A stretch of 33,264 nt of DNA from Armatimonadota bacterium (lineage in GTDB: Bacteria > Armatimonadota > Fimbriimonadia > Fimbriimonadales > GBS-DC), in the NCBI GenBank assembly GCA_037444405.1, contig JBBIML010000032.1, positions 1 to 33,264 of the forward strand, read 5' to 3'. Shown in pieces: positions 18,502 to 27,304 of this stretch. The notes under the pieces are model-generated. The model was not told the origin of the DNA. It ran no database searches and was given only the letters and a program-made list of their open reading frames with translations. Position 1 is the stretch's first letter, and each line of letters opens with the position of its first letter. The position numbers were made by a program, and so were the translations under genes.

Positions 18502-20055
18502 TCAGTCGCTGAGGGATTGCTCGCTCAGGCGCAGCGCTTCGTCCAGTTCGCGCATCGCTTCCGCGCGCAGCAGGGTCGCGTTCTCCATGTCTTCCGCTTT
18601 GCGGAACAGCAGGTAGCGTGCCATCTGCTGCGCCGCCTGAGCCATCAGATGCGCTCCGAACTGCAGGTGAGCGAGCGCGTCGCGGCTCCCTTCATCGGGC
18701 TGGAGTCGCGCCAGCCATGCGCCGCTATCCAGCGCGCGCACGACGATGCGCTCGCCCCGCTCCCGCAGCGCTTTCCAGTCGGGCGCAGGGTCGCTTGCCA
18801 GCCGCCGCAGGTCTAACAGCTCGCTGGAGAGGTCGTTCAGGATGCCTTTTGCCACGAACAGCAGCAGGGGCAGCTGGTCATGGCTGAGCGGGATGGGCGT
18901 TCGGTCAGGCTCAAACTGGCGGCGGACGCCCTGCAGCAGATAGAGTCGCCAGCGCAGCCCCTCACCCGCACCCTCTCCCCAGAGGGGAGAGGGGGTTCGC
19001 TCAGAGTGCAGCAGGCTTTTGAGGGTTTCTTCCGCGCCGTCGAAGTCGCCCGTTAGCAGCTGGAAATCGAACAGGGTGAGCGCGAGCGTGAGCGCGGCGC
19101 GGGCGTCCTGAACGCTCTGACGCGCCTGCTGCAGCACGCGAATGGCGTCGTCGAGCCGACCCTGCTCGCGCATCAGCCGCGCCCATATCAGCAGGAGCGC
19201 CTGTTCATGGGGCATCAGCTGCATCGCGCGCTCGCACTCTTCCAGCGCGGCGTTGTTCAGTCCCAACCGCTGATAGAGTTCGATCAGGCGCAGGCGAGCA
19301 TCGACATCGAGCGGGTTCTGATTGACCCGCGCACGCAGCAGGGGCAGCGCCTCGCTCAATCGCCCTTCCCGAATCAGCTGCTCCACCGAAGTAGCAGGCG
19401 CATCCTGCGCCTGAACTGACTCCCGACGGCGCTCCACCGGAAGCGGGCTTTCTGGCAGGGTCGGCAGGTTCTGCCACACCTCGCTGTTGAGGCGCAGGAC
19501 AAGCGTGCGAGCCAGCGAGCGCAGCGCCGGGTCAGAATCCATCACCTGCTGATTGCCCGACACCCGCCACAGCGGCGTGCGCCGACCTGTCTGCCACACC
19601 TCCACCGAGTAGGTGACGGTGAGGGCAGCCACAGGGGGGAAAGATTTTTCGCCACTGCCCGCTTTCGGGCGCACACAGCGAACAATCAGCAGGTATGAAG
19701 CCTCCCACGCGCTGGCGATGCGCAACAGCAATCCACTATCGGGCGCATTAAGCAACTTCGGATCGACCCCGTTCTCGTTGGCAAACCGCTGAACGGTTGG
19801 GTGATTCGGGGCGTAGACGACCACTTCAAACTTGCGCAGATCTTTCAGTTCCGCTGTGAGCGCCGGTATCAGGTCAATGTTGGGGTTGTAGCCTTCCTGT
19901 GGGGGGTCCTGCAGCTGGGCAATCAGCAGGAGTGGGCGTGGCGTCTGGGCGCCCTCGGGAGTGCTGAAGCCAGGCTCCAGCAATAGCGCTATTGCCATCA
20001 GCCACAGGGACAATGCCCGAGCGAGACGCCCAAGCCGCAGGGCAATCATTCGCAT
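18502..20055 (-). CDS. Exported TPR-repeat protein
   Basis: N-terminal signal peptide and TPR-like helices. Alternative start 20049 gives an ATGA overlap. Contains an in-frame palindromic repeat. Confidence 0.75.
   Translation of the reverse strand: MRMIALRLGRLARALSLWLMAIALLLEPGFSTPEGAQTPRPLLLIAQLQDPPQEGYNPNIDLIPALTAELKDLRKFEVVVYAPNHPTVQRFANENGVDPKLLNAPDSGLLLRIASAWEASYLLIVRCVRPKAGSGEKSFPPVAALTVTYSVEVWQTGRRTPLWRVSGNQQVMDSDPALRSLARTLVLRLNSEVWQNLPTLPESPLPVERRRESVQAQDAPATSVEQLIREGRLSEALPLLRARVNQNPLDVDARLRLIELYQRLGLNNAALEECERAMQLMPHEQALLLIWARLMREQGRLDDAIRVLQQARQSVQDARAALTLALTLFDFQLLTGDFDGAEETLKSLLHSERTPSPLWGEGAGEGLRWRLYLLQGVRRQFEPDRTPIPLSHDQLPLLLFVAKGILNDLSSELLDLRRLASDPAPDWKALRERGERIVVRALDSGAWLARLQPDEGSRDALAHLQFGAHLMAQAAQQMARYLLFRKAEDMENATLLRAEAMRELDEALRLSEQSLSD
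18958..18995. repeat. CCCTCTCCC/GGGAGAGGG palindromic unit in frame within the TPR gene
   Basis: CCCCTCACCCGCA-CCCTCTCCCC-AGA-GGGGAGAGGG, encoding TPSPLWGEGAGEG. Same architecture as 10855-10894, and 19-bp core identical to the 29556 copy. Confidence 0.8.
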
Positions 20056-21242
20056 AGTTTCAGCCCCTGCTCGCAGGCACGAATGCCCTCGCGCGCGGCG
20101 TCCACATTCGTCCCGCGCTGAATCTCCTGCTGATAGGCTTGAATCGCCAGCTGGAAGTGGGCGCGGGCATTCGCCTTATCATCCAGTCGCAGGTAGCAGA
20201 TGGCAATCTGCTGATGCACCTCGCCCTGCGAGGGCGCGGTCGGCAGTGCCTGCTCGTAGTATCGGATGGCTTCGCGGTAGTTGCCCGCCATCTGGTGGCG
20301 GCGTGCGACCTCCAGCGGGTTTTCACCCGACGGGTTCGACGGCTGAGTGGGCGGCGCACCCTTCTGCACGCGGATGTCGTACACGCCCTGATCGGCGTTT
20401 TCGCGCACTTCGACATCGGGCATGATGTTGTCGCCCTGTGCGCCGGGCGCGGCGGCTGAGTTGCTATTTTGTGGCGGGTTTGCTGGGGAGGGGGGACTGG
20501 TGTTGCTGGGTGCGGGCAGGGTCGGAATGGCACCGCGCGGTGCGGGGCGAGTCTCTTCAGGCGCAGGCGCGATCGCTAATCGGGACGGGTCCACCATCAC
20601 GGGCGGCACGCCCCCTGCGCTCGTCGATTCCGATGGCGCAGGCGGTGGGGGTGAAGCAACGGCAGCAGATGAATTCGCCGCTGGCTCCGTCGGGGATGGA
20701 GCCGATGCAACGGGTGTCGGCGGGGCAGGCGCAGGGTGAGGCGCGCTGAGGCGCAGGATCATCATCAGCCCGATCAGCAGCACCACGCCCGCACCGATGA
20801 ACGCGAACAGCGTCGGCAGTATCTCCACCCACAGCGGGCGGGCGCTGACGGGCGCGTAGCGCACTGCTGCGCGGGGCTGACGCCGCAGAGTGTCGAGCTT
20901 CAGGCGCTCCGACACGCTCAGCGGGTTCAGCTGCACCACCCGCTCATAGGTCTCGATCGCCTGTTCGAGCTGTCCGCGCTTCTCGTGCAGGAGCGCCTTG
21001 AGCGAGAGCGCAGGCAGCAGTTGCGGGTCGAACGCGAGTGCGCCCTCACACGCCAGCAGCGCCTCTTCATAGCGCCCCTGCTCATGCAGGCTCATCGCCT
21101 CGCGCAATAACCGCTCCGCCTGCAACCGCTTCCAGCCGGGCGTTTCGCCCTGCTCCACCGGAGCGCCGCAATACGGGCAGTAGCGCGCACCTTCCTCTAC
21201 CGGATGCTCACAGCGCATGCACACCATCGCCCCGATCCCCAT
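20046..21242 (-). CDS. Zinc-ribbon + TPR membrane protein with Pro-rich linker and C-terminal TPRs
   Basis: CMRC..YCPYCG, TPRs, one TM (ILPTLFAFIGAGVVLLIGLMMIL), Pro/Ser-rich stretch, further TPRs. Confidence 0.8.
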   Translation of the reverse strand: MGIGAMVCMRCEHPVEEGARYCPYCGAPVEQGETPGWKRLQAERLLREAMSLHEQGRYEEALLACEGALAFDPQLLPALSLKALLHEKRGQLEQAIETYERVVQLNPLSVSERLKLDTLRRQPRAAVRYAPVSARPLWVEILPTLFAFIGAGVVLLIGLMMILRLSAPHPAPAPPTPVASAPSPTEPAANSSAAVASPPPPAPSESTSAGGVPPVMVDPSRLAIAPAPEETRPAPRGAIPTLPAPSNTSPPSPANPPQNSNSAAAPGAQGDNIMPDVEVRENADQGVYDIRVQKGAPPTQPSNPSGENPLEVARRHQMAGNYREAIRYYEQALPTAPSQGEVHQQIAICYLRLDDKANARAHFQLAIQAYQQEIQRGTNVDAAREGIRACEQGLKLCE

Positions 21243-21335
21243 CGCCCCTATTGTACCTGCATTTTGGACTGCTTCTGCAGGGCATGGGTTTCGGTCGCCG
21301 TTGGGTACAATCGCTTATACGGGAGGTGAATCACA

Positions 21336-22040
21336 GTGGCAACGCGCATCAAATGGTTCGGACACGCGACCTTTCTGGTGGAATCGCCTCAGGGCAAGCA
21401 TATTCTAATTGACCCGTGGGTGTACGGCAACCCCGCCTGCCCCGAAAGCGAGAAAACGCTCCCGAAAGTGGATTTGATGCTCATCACGCACGGGCACTCG
21501 GACCACTTCGGGGACGCGGTGCGCATCGCGAAGCAGTTCTCGCCCACCATCATGTGCATCTACGAAATCTATCTGCATCTCAGTCGGCATGGGGTGCAGT
21601 CGGTGCAGCCGATGAACAAGGGCGGCACGGCGTACTATGAGGGGATTGCCGTCACGATGGTGAACGCCTTCCACAGCAGCGGGCTGGACGAGGGCGGTCA
21701 ACTGCACTATGCGGGCGATCCTGTCGGCTTCGTCATTCGGCTCGAAGATGGGCTGACCCTCTATCACGCGGGCGACACCTGTCTGTTCGGCGATATGCGC
21801 CTGATTGGCGAGCTGTATCGCCCCGATATCGCCATGTTGCCGATTGGCGACCTGTTCACGATGGGTCCGCGCGAAGCCGCCTACGCCATTCGGCTGCTGG
21901 GCGTGAAGCGGGTCATCCCGATGCACTGGGGCACTTTTCCGTTGCTCACGGGCACGCCGGAGCAGCTGCGTGAGTTGACCCGCGATATTGAAGGGCTGGA
22001 GATTCTCACGCTGCGTCCGGGCGAGACCATCGCCGTCTGA
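21336..22040 (+). CDS. Metallo-beta-lactamase fold hydrolase (UPF0173-like)
   Basis: WFGHATF, ILIDPW, THGHSDH, AFHSS, YHAGDT, LPIG..FTMGP, IPMHWGTF. GGAGGT RBS. Confidence 0.93.
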   Translation: MATRIKWFGHATFLVESPQGKHILIDPWVYGNPACPESEKTLPKVDLMLITHGHSDHFGDAVRIAKQFSPTIMCIYEIYLHLSRHGVQSVQPMNKGGTAYYEGIAVTMVNAFHSSGLDEGGQLHYAGDPVGFVIRLEDGLTLYHAGDTCLFGDMRLIGELYRPDIAMLPIGDLFTMGPREAAYAIRLLGVKRVIPMHWGTFPLLTGTPEQLRELTRDIEGLEILTLRPGETIAV

Positions 22041-22479
22041 TGAGCCATGCGGCGGTCAGCACGCCGAGCGCGTCGATCAGCACATCCGCCCCATTCGCGG
22101 TGCGACCGGGCACGAAATACTGGTGAGTCTCATCGACAATCGCGTAGAGGAGGCTCGTGACGATTGCCCAGCGCAGCGCGGGCTGGCGTGCGCAGCCCAG
22201 CCCGCGCCCGAACGCCCAGTAGCCCAGCAGCATCAGGATGGCATACTCGGTGAAATGCGCCAGCTTGCGCACCGCGAAGTTCAGTGCCTCCATCTGGCTC
22301 TCGGTGAGCCGTTGTGCCAGCGCGGGGAACCAGTGCATCAGTACCGCCTCCAGCAGCGACGCCGTGCGCTGACCGCTCCAGTCGACGGATGAGAAGTGAA
22401 AAATCAGCCCCATCCAGAGCAGGTAGCAGACGATGGGGATCAGTCGCCTGCGCCGAACAGTGGAGGGGCTGACCGTCAT
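22006..22479 (-). CDS. VanZ family membrane protein
   Basis: WMGLIFHFSS, VRKLAHFTEYAIL, YAIVDETHQYFVPGR, DVLID. ATGA overlap with the upstream permease. Confidence 0.88.
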   Translation of the reverse strand: MTVSPSTVRRRRLIPIVCYLLWMGLIFHFSSVDWSGQRTASLLEAVLMHWFPALAQRLTESQMEALNFAVRKLAHFTEYAILMLLGYWAFGRGLGCARQPALRWAIVTSLLYAIVDETHQYFVPGRTANGADVLIDALGVLTAAWLIRRRWSRPDAA

Positions 22480-23294
22480 CGGGCGAACTCCTTCCGCATG
22501 GGCGATATACCAGCCACCAGCCCAAACAGCAGGGCAGCTGTTAGCGCGACCGCTGCGCCGGGCGGGATCGGCAGCCATAGGGCTGTCCCGAAACCCGCTA
22601 ACAGACAGATTCCGCCGATGAGGGCGCTGGTCACCAGCATGGCGCGAAAGCTCCGACAGAGCGTGCGGGCGGTCGCCGCTGGCAGGATTAGCAGCGCGCT
22701 AATCGGCAGGATGCCCACCGCCCGAATGCCGACCGCCACCATCAGCGCCAGCCCCACCAGAAAGAGCGTCTCCACCGTCTGCACGGGCACGCCCTGCGCC
22801 TGCGCCAGCTCGCGATGGAAGCCAATCCGTATCAGCGGGCGTGTGAACCAGAGCAGCATCGCCGCGCCGATGCAATCTGCGCCGAGCAGTCGCCACAGAT
22901 CGCCCCGCTCAATCGCTAACAAATCGCCGAACAGCAATGCGCTTAGCGGCAGCGGCATCTCTAACAGGCTGACCAGCACGATGCCCGCCGCCGACACGCT
23001 CGTGACGGCGACCACCAGCACCACATCGGGCGGTAGAGCCGTGCGCTGTTGAAACCAGGCAATCAACAGGGCGAACAGGGGCGCCACGAGCAGGAGCGCC
23101 GCGCCCATCTGCCAGCCCAGCCATGCCGCCAGCGCCGCGCCCAGAAACGCCGAGTGCGCAATCGCGTCCCCAAAATAAGCCACCCGCTGAGCCACCACAT
23201 ACACGCCCAGCACGGGATACACCGCCGTTAGCAAAACCATCGCCAGCAGTGCATTCCGTACAAAATCGAACGCCAGCCACTCTGTCCAGCCCAT
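22476..23294 (-). CDS. znuB: Zn/Mn ABC transporter permease (ZnuB/ABC-3)
   Basis: FVRNALLA, LGVYVV..R.AYFGDAIAHSAFLG, LLFGDLLAI, VGILPISALLILPAATA. Confidence 0.88.
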   Translation of the reverse strand: MGWTEWLAFDFVRNALLAMVLLTAVYPVLGVYVVAQRVAYFGDAIAHSAFLGAALAAWLGWQMGAALLLVAPLFALLIAWFQQRTALPPDVVLVVAVTSVSAAGIVLVSLLEMPLPLSALLFGDLLAIERGDLWRLLGADCIGAAMLLWFTRPLIRIGFHRELAQAQGVPVQTVETLFLVGLALMVAVGIRAVGILPISALLILPAATARTLCRSFRAMLVTSALIGGICLLAGFGTALWLPIPPGAAVALTAALLFGLVAGISPMRKEFAR

Positions 23295-23296
23295 CG

Positions 23297-24016
23297 CTAA
23301 CGCTCCTGATGCTCGTACACCGACACGGGATGCCCGTACAGCTCGTCCAGAATGGGCATCTGCAGCACTTCCTGCGGTGTGCCCGTGCAGAGAACGCGAT
23401 GATGAATGCACACCACGCGCGTGGCGTAGCGGCTCACGATGCTCAGATCGTGCGACACGATCAGCGCGCCCACCTGTCGCTGTGCCCGCTGCTGCTCGAT
23501 CAGGTCATAAAACCGCAGGCGCACACCCACATCGATGCCGGTGGCGGGTTCGTCTAAGAGCAGCAGGCGCGGCTGACGGGCGATGGCGGCGGCTATCACC
23601 ACCCGTTGCAGCTCGCCGCCTGAGAGCGCGCGCACCTCGCGATGGAGCAGATGCTCCGCATCCACCGCCTGCAGCACCGCCGTCAGCTCGGGGACACGCC
23701 TGTCAAGCATCGCCTGCAGCAGTTCCGATACCAGCAGGGGCATCGTGCGGTCGAACTGGAGCGCCTGCGGCACATAGCCAATCAGGGCACGGTCGGCGGG
23801 CGTCAGCTGCGCGGGCGGTTTGCCCAGCACGCGCACCTCACCGCGCTGATAGGGAAGCAGTCCCAGCGCCACGCGCAACAGCGTTGTCTTGCCCGCGCCG
23901 TTGGGACCAATCAGGGCGACCAGCTCGCCTGCCGCCACCTGCAGCGAGACGCGCTCCAGCACCCATCGCCCGCCGAGCGCCACGCTCAGGTCGGAAACCT
24001 CCAGAAGGTTCTCCAT
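23297..24016 (-). CDS. znuC: Zn/Mn ABC transporter ATPase (ZnuC)
   Basis: GPNGAGKT, IGYVPQ, LSGGELQR, LLLDEP, VSHD, C-terminal YGH..YEH. Confidence 0.88.
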   Translation of the reverse strand: MENLLEVSDLSVALGGRWVLERVSLQVAAGELVALIGPNGAGKTTLLRVALGLLPYQRGEVRVLGKPPAQLTPADRALIGYVPQALQFDRTMPLLVSELLQAMLDRRVPELTAVLQAVDAEHLLHREVRALSGGELQRVVIAAAIARQPRLLLLDEPATGIDVGVRLRFYDLIEQQRAQRQVGALIVSHDLSIVSRYATRVVCIHHRVLCTGTPQEVLQMPILDELYGHPVSVYEHQER

Positions 24017-24031
24017 CGGCTGTTATGAGAC

Positions 24032-24838
24032 CTATTTCGGACGCGGCTCCTCGTACATCGCAAAGGCATTATGGTTATGAATCGACTCAATCGATTCGCA
24101 CTCGGCACGAAACCAGCGCAGTTCGTCCCGCGCCTGCAGGCGCAGCACCAGCTCGCGCACCACATCCTCCACGAAGCGCGGCGTCTGATAGCTCCGCTCC
24201 GTGACGAACTTCTCATCCGGTCGCTTCAGCACGGGGTAGACCAGCGCGCTGACCGATTCGGCAATCAGTGGCAGGTACTCATCGGGTAGTAAGAGCGTGC
24301 GCTCCTTCGTCTGCAGCCACAGGCGCACGATGGCACGCTGATTGTGCGCCCCGAAATCGGCAATCGCTTTACTGCAGGGGCAGAGCGTCATCACGGGCAC
24401 TTCAAAGAAGCTGGTGCTGCACGAGGCGCCATTATTGAGTTGCGCGTCCCATTCCACCGTGATGTCGAGCCAGCCTGCGACGCCCGTAACGGGGGCAGGC
24501 AGCGGCAGAAAGTAGGGGAACCGCAGGCGCAGGTGCGCCCGACGGCTTTTCAGTCGCTCCTGGGTCAGCTGCAGCAGTTCGCGTACACCGCTGGGCGCCT
24601 GCGGTTGCGCCGTCCACTCATAGAGGGTTTCCATCAGGCGGCTCATGTGCGTGCCGCGCTGGCTTGCGTCGATATCGACGCTCAGTTCAGCGGTGGCAAC
24701 CACGGGTTGCTCTGCGCCAGTGGGCGTGATCAGGCGGATGGGCAGGCGCAACTCCCGAATGCCCACACATGGTAGCGCGACGCCACGCGCATCGATCTCC
24801 ATCGCCACATCGGGCAACTGCTCAAATGCCGATTGCAT
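24032..24838 (-). CDS. folE2: GTP cyclohydrolase IB
   Basis: RGTHMSR, MTLCPCSK, GAHNQR, LKRPDEK.VTE, PRFVEDVVR, ESIHNHNA. Confidence 0.95.
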   Translation of the reverse strand: MQSAFEQLPDVAMEIDARGVALPCVGIRELRLPIRLITPTGAEQPVVATAELSVDIDASQRGTHMSRLMETLYEWTAQPQAPSGVRELLQLTQERLKSRRAHLRLRFPYFLPLPAPVTGVAGWLDITVEWDAQLNNGASCSTSFFEVPVMTLCPCSKAIADFGAHNQRAIVRLWLQTKERTLLLPDEYLPLIAESVSALVYPVLKRPDEKFVTERSYQTPRFVEDVVRELVLRLQARDELRWFRAECESIESIHNHNAFAMYEEPRPK

Positions 24839-24866
24839 CTCATCTTTATCATACCCCACGCCCGGG

Positions 24867-26147
24867 TCAGCTCTCCAGATTCACCGCGGCGAAGGGCTGG
24901 ACGCGCTCGATGCGGGCGCCCAGCGCCTTCAGCTTCTCTTCGAGGCGTTCGTAGCCCCGATCGATGTGGTACACCTCTTCGACGGTAGAGGTGCCCTCGG
25001 CGGCGAGCGCAGCCAGCACGAGCGCGGCGCCACCGCGCAGGTCGGTCGCCCGCACGCGCGCCCCATGCAACCGCGCCACGCCCCGAATCACGATGGTGCG
25101 CCCCTCCACCATCATGTCGGCGCCCATCCGCTGCAGTTCAGGCACATGCTGCACGCGATTCTCATAGATGGTCTCATGCACCACCGACGCGCCCTGCGTC
25201 AGGGTCAAATAGGCACACATCGGCTGCTGTAAATCGGTCGGGAAGCCCGGGTAGGGCAGGGTGCGGATGTCCACCGCACGGAGCGGGTCGTGTGCCTGCA
25301 CGCGGATAGTGCTTTCGGTCTCCTGAACCTGCACGCCCGATTCGCTCAGTTTCGCCAGCACCGAGTGCAGATGTTCGGGAATGACGCGCTCGATGGTGAC
25401 CGCGCCGCGCGTGATGGCGGCGGCAATCGCGAAGGTGCCCGCTTCGAGCCGGTCAGGGATAACGGCATACTCGATGGTGCGTCGCAGTTCGCGCACGCCT
25501 TCGATATAGAGCGTGCTGGTGCCCGCGCCCTCGATTCGTGCCCCTGCCGCGTTCAGAAAGTTCGCCAGGTTCACCACTTCAGGCTCCATCGCGGCGTTTT
25601 CGATGATGGTCAGCCCATCGGCGTAGACCGCAGCGGTCATCAGCTGCTGGGTGGCGCCCGCGCTGGGTACATCGAGATAGATGCGCGCCCCTTTCAAGCG
25701 GCTGGCATGGGCAATATAGAGCGTCTCCTGCTCCTGAATCGTGGCGCCGAGCGCGCGCAAGCCGTTCAGATGAAAGTTTACAGGGCGACTGCCAATCTGG
25801 CAGCCGCCAGGGTGAGGCATGTGGGCATAGCCCATTCGCGCCAGCAGCGGTCCGAAAATATAGAACGATGCTCGCATGCGGTTCACCAGTTTCGGGTCTG
25901 GCTCCGCGCTGGTGAGCGCGCTGGTGTCCAGCCGCAGGCTACTTCCCTCCCGCTCCCATCGCACGCCCAGCCCCTCCAGCAGGGTGAGCATCGTCGCCAC
26001 ATCCTCAATCTGGGGCACATTATGCAGAATAACCTCCCCCTCAATCAGCAGGGAACCCGCCATTAGAGCCAGCGCTGCGTTCTTGCTGCCGCTAATCTCC
26101 ACCGTCCCGCGAAGCGGGGTACCGCCTGTGATAGTGTAGCTCTCCAA
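24867..26147 (-). CDS. murA: UDP-N-acetylglucosamine 1-carboxyvinyltransferase
   Basis: SGSKNAAL, MRASF, PGGCQIGSRP (active-site Cys present), PDRLEAGT, PGFPTDLQ, DLRGGAAL, HIDRGYE. TTG start after AGGAGG. Confidence 0.97.
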   Translation of the reverse strand: MESYTITGGTPLRGTVEISGSKNAALALMAGSLLIEGEVILHNVPQIEDVATMLTLLEGLGVRWEREGSSLRLDTSALTSAEPDPKLVNRMRASFYIFGPLLARMGYAHMPHPGGCQIGSRPVNFHLNGLRALGATIQEQETLYIAHASRLKGARIYLDVPSAGATQQLMTAAVYADGLTIIENAAMEPEVVNLANFLNAAGARIEGAGTSTLYIEGVRELRRTIEYAVIPDRLEAGTFAIAAAITRGAVTIERVIPEHLHSVLAKLSESGVQVQETESTIRVQAHDPLRAVDIRTLPYPGFPTDLQQPMCAYLTLTQGASVVHETIYENRVQHVPELQRMGADMMVEGRTIVIRGVARLHGARVRATDLRGGAALVLAALAAEGTSTVEEVYHIDRGYERLEEKLKALGARIERVQPFAAVNLES

Positions 26148-26325
26148 AGTCGTCTCCTCCTTGCCAGAGTGTGCGCGTCCTGCGCCCGTATTTCTATTAT
26201 ACCCGCATCGTGACGGTCGACATTCGGGTATCATGGTGTCGTGCGCCTATACAGGCAGCTGGCAAATAAGCCGATAATCTACAGGGGTTTCCAGCCCCAT
26301 TAGAGGCGCACAGGAGCGACGACTA

Positions 26326-26341
26326 TGGCACGAAAGTTGCT
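26326..26341 (+). promoter_or_regulatory. Sigma54 (-24/-12) promoter of the EPS/exosortase operon
   Basis: TGGCACGAAAGTTGCT matches TGGCACG-N4-TTGC(A/T), 40 nt before the first gene. Confidence 0.8.
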
Positions 26342-26380
26342 GCACCACCGAGTGGACTCGGTTCGATGGGAGGGAGCATC

Positions 26381-27286
26381 ATGAGAGGGCTGTTAATCGG
26401 GTTGACCCTTGCGATTGCGGGGGGTCTTTTTGCACAGCGTGTGGAAGGACTCTACCGCATTCAACCGGAGGATGTGCTGGCGATTCGGATTGATCCTGCC
26501 AATATTGTGCATGAGGCGAGCGTTGGGCGGGATGGGCTGATCTCCGTGCCGCAGATAGGGGTCGTGCGCGCGGCTGGGTTAACCATTTCGGAGCTGGAAC
26601 AGGCGATTGCCAACCGATTTATTCAACTGGATCTGCTGCGCAACCCGCGCGTGTCGGTTTCGATTCGGTATCTGCATCGTCCGAAGGTCTCGGTGCTGGG
26701 GATGGTGAACCGCCCTGGCAGCTTTGAGTTCAAGGATGGCGATCGGGTGCTGGACGCCTTATCGCTGGCAGGCAACTACATCCCGGAGCGCGCCAAGCTC
26801 GAAGAAGCCTGGCTGCAGCGAATCGACGGCACGGTTATCCCGCTGAACCTGCGTCGCCTGCTGGAGCAGGGCGACCTGAGCCTGAACTATCCCCTGCAGG
26901 ATGGCGACACCATCTTCATTCCCGAAGATGTGCTGAATCGCTACTTTGTGGGCGGGAGCGTGAAGCGTCCTGGGCTCTATACCTGGCGCCCTGGGCTGAC
27001 CGTGCTGGACGCGCTGGGGCAGGCTGCATGGGAAACCGAGCGCGGCACGCTCAGCCAGACCTTCGTTGTACGCCAGAAACCCGACGGCACGACCGAACGC
27101 ATTAAAGTGGACATGATCAAACTGCTCCGCAAAGCCGATATGTCGCAAAATGTGGCGCTCCAGCCAGGCGATGTGGTGTTTGTCTCCGAGACCCGAACGC
27201 CCGACCTTGACCAGATCTATCGGGTGCTGTCGGTCTTCTGGCTGATGCGCCAGCTGCGAATCGGCAGCTCGCTGTGGCGACCCTGA
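26381..27286 (+). CDS. Polysaccharide export protein (Wza-like, Poly_export + SLBB domains)
   Basis: YRIQPEDVL, DGLISVPQIG..RAAGLT..EL, VLGMVNRPG, LQDGDTIFIP, LQPGDVVFV. Signal peptide has no lipoprotein Cys. Confidence 0.9.
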   Translation: MRGLLIGLTLAIAGGLFAQRVEGLYRIQPEDVLAIRIDPANIVHEASVGRDGLISVPQIGVVRAAGLTISELEQAIANRFIQLDLLRNPRVSVSIRYLHRPKVSVLGMVNRPGSFEFKDGDRVLDALSLAGNYIPERAKLEEAWLQRIDGTVIPLNLRRLLEQGDLSLNYPLQDGDTIFIPEDVLNRYFVGGSVKRPGLYTWRPGLTVLDALGQAAWETERGTLSQTFVVRQKPDGTTERIKVDMIKLLRKADMSQNVALQPGDVVFVSETRTPDLDQIYRVLSVFWLMRQLRIGSSLWRP

Positions 27287-27304
27287 GGAGGGAGGTTTAC
27301 GCTT

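Noticed and set aside
24839..24900. Zur box upstream of folE2
   Set aside because: No AT-rich palindrome of that type is visible
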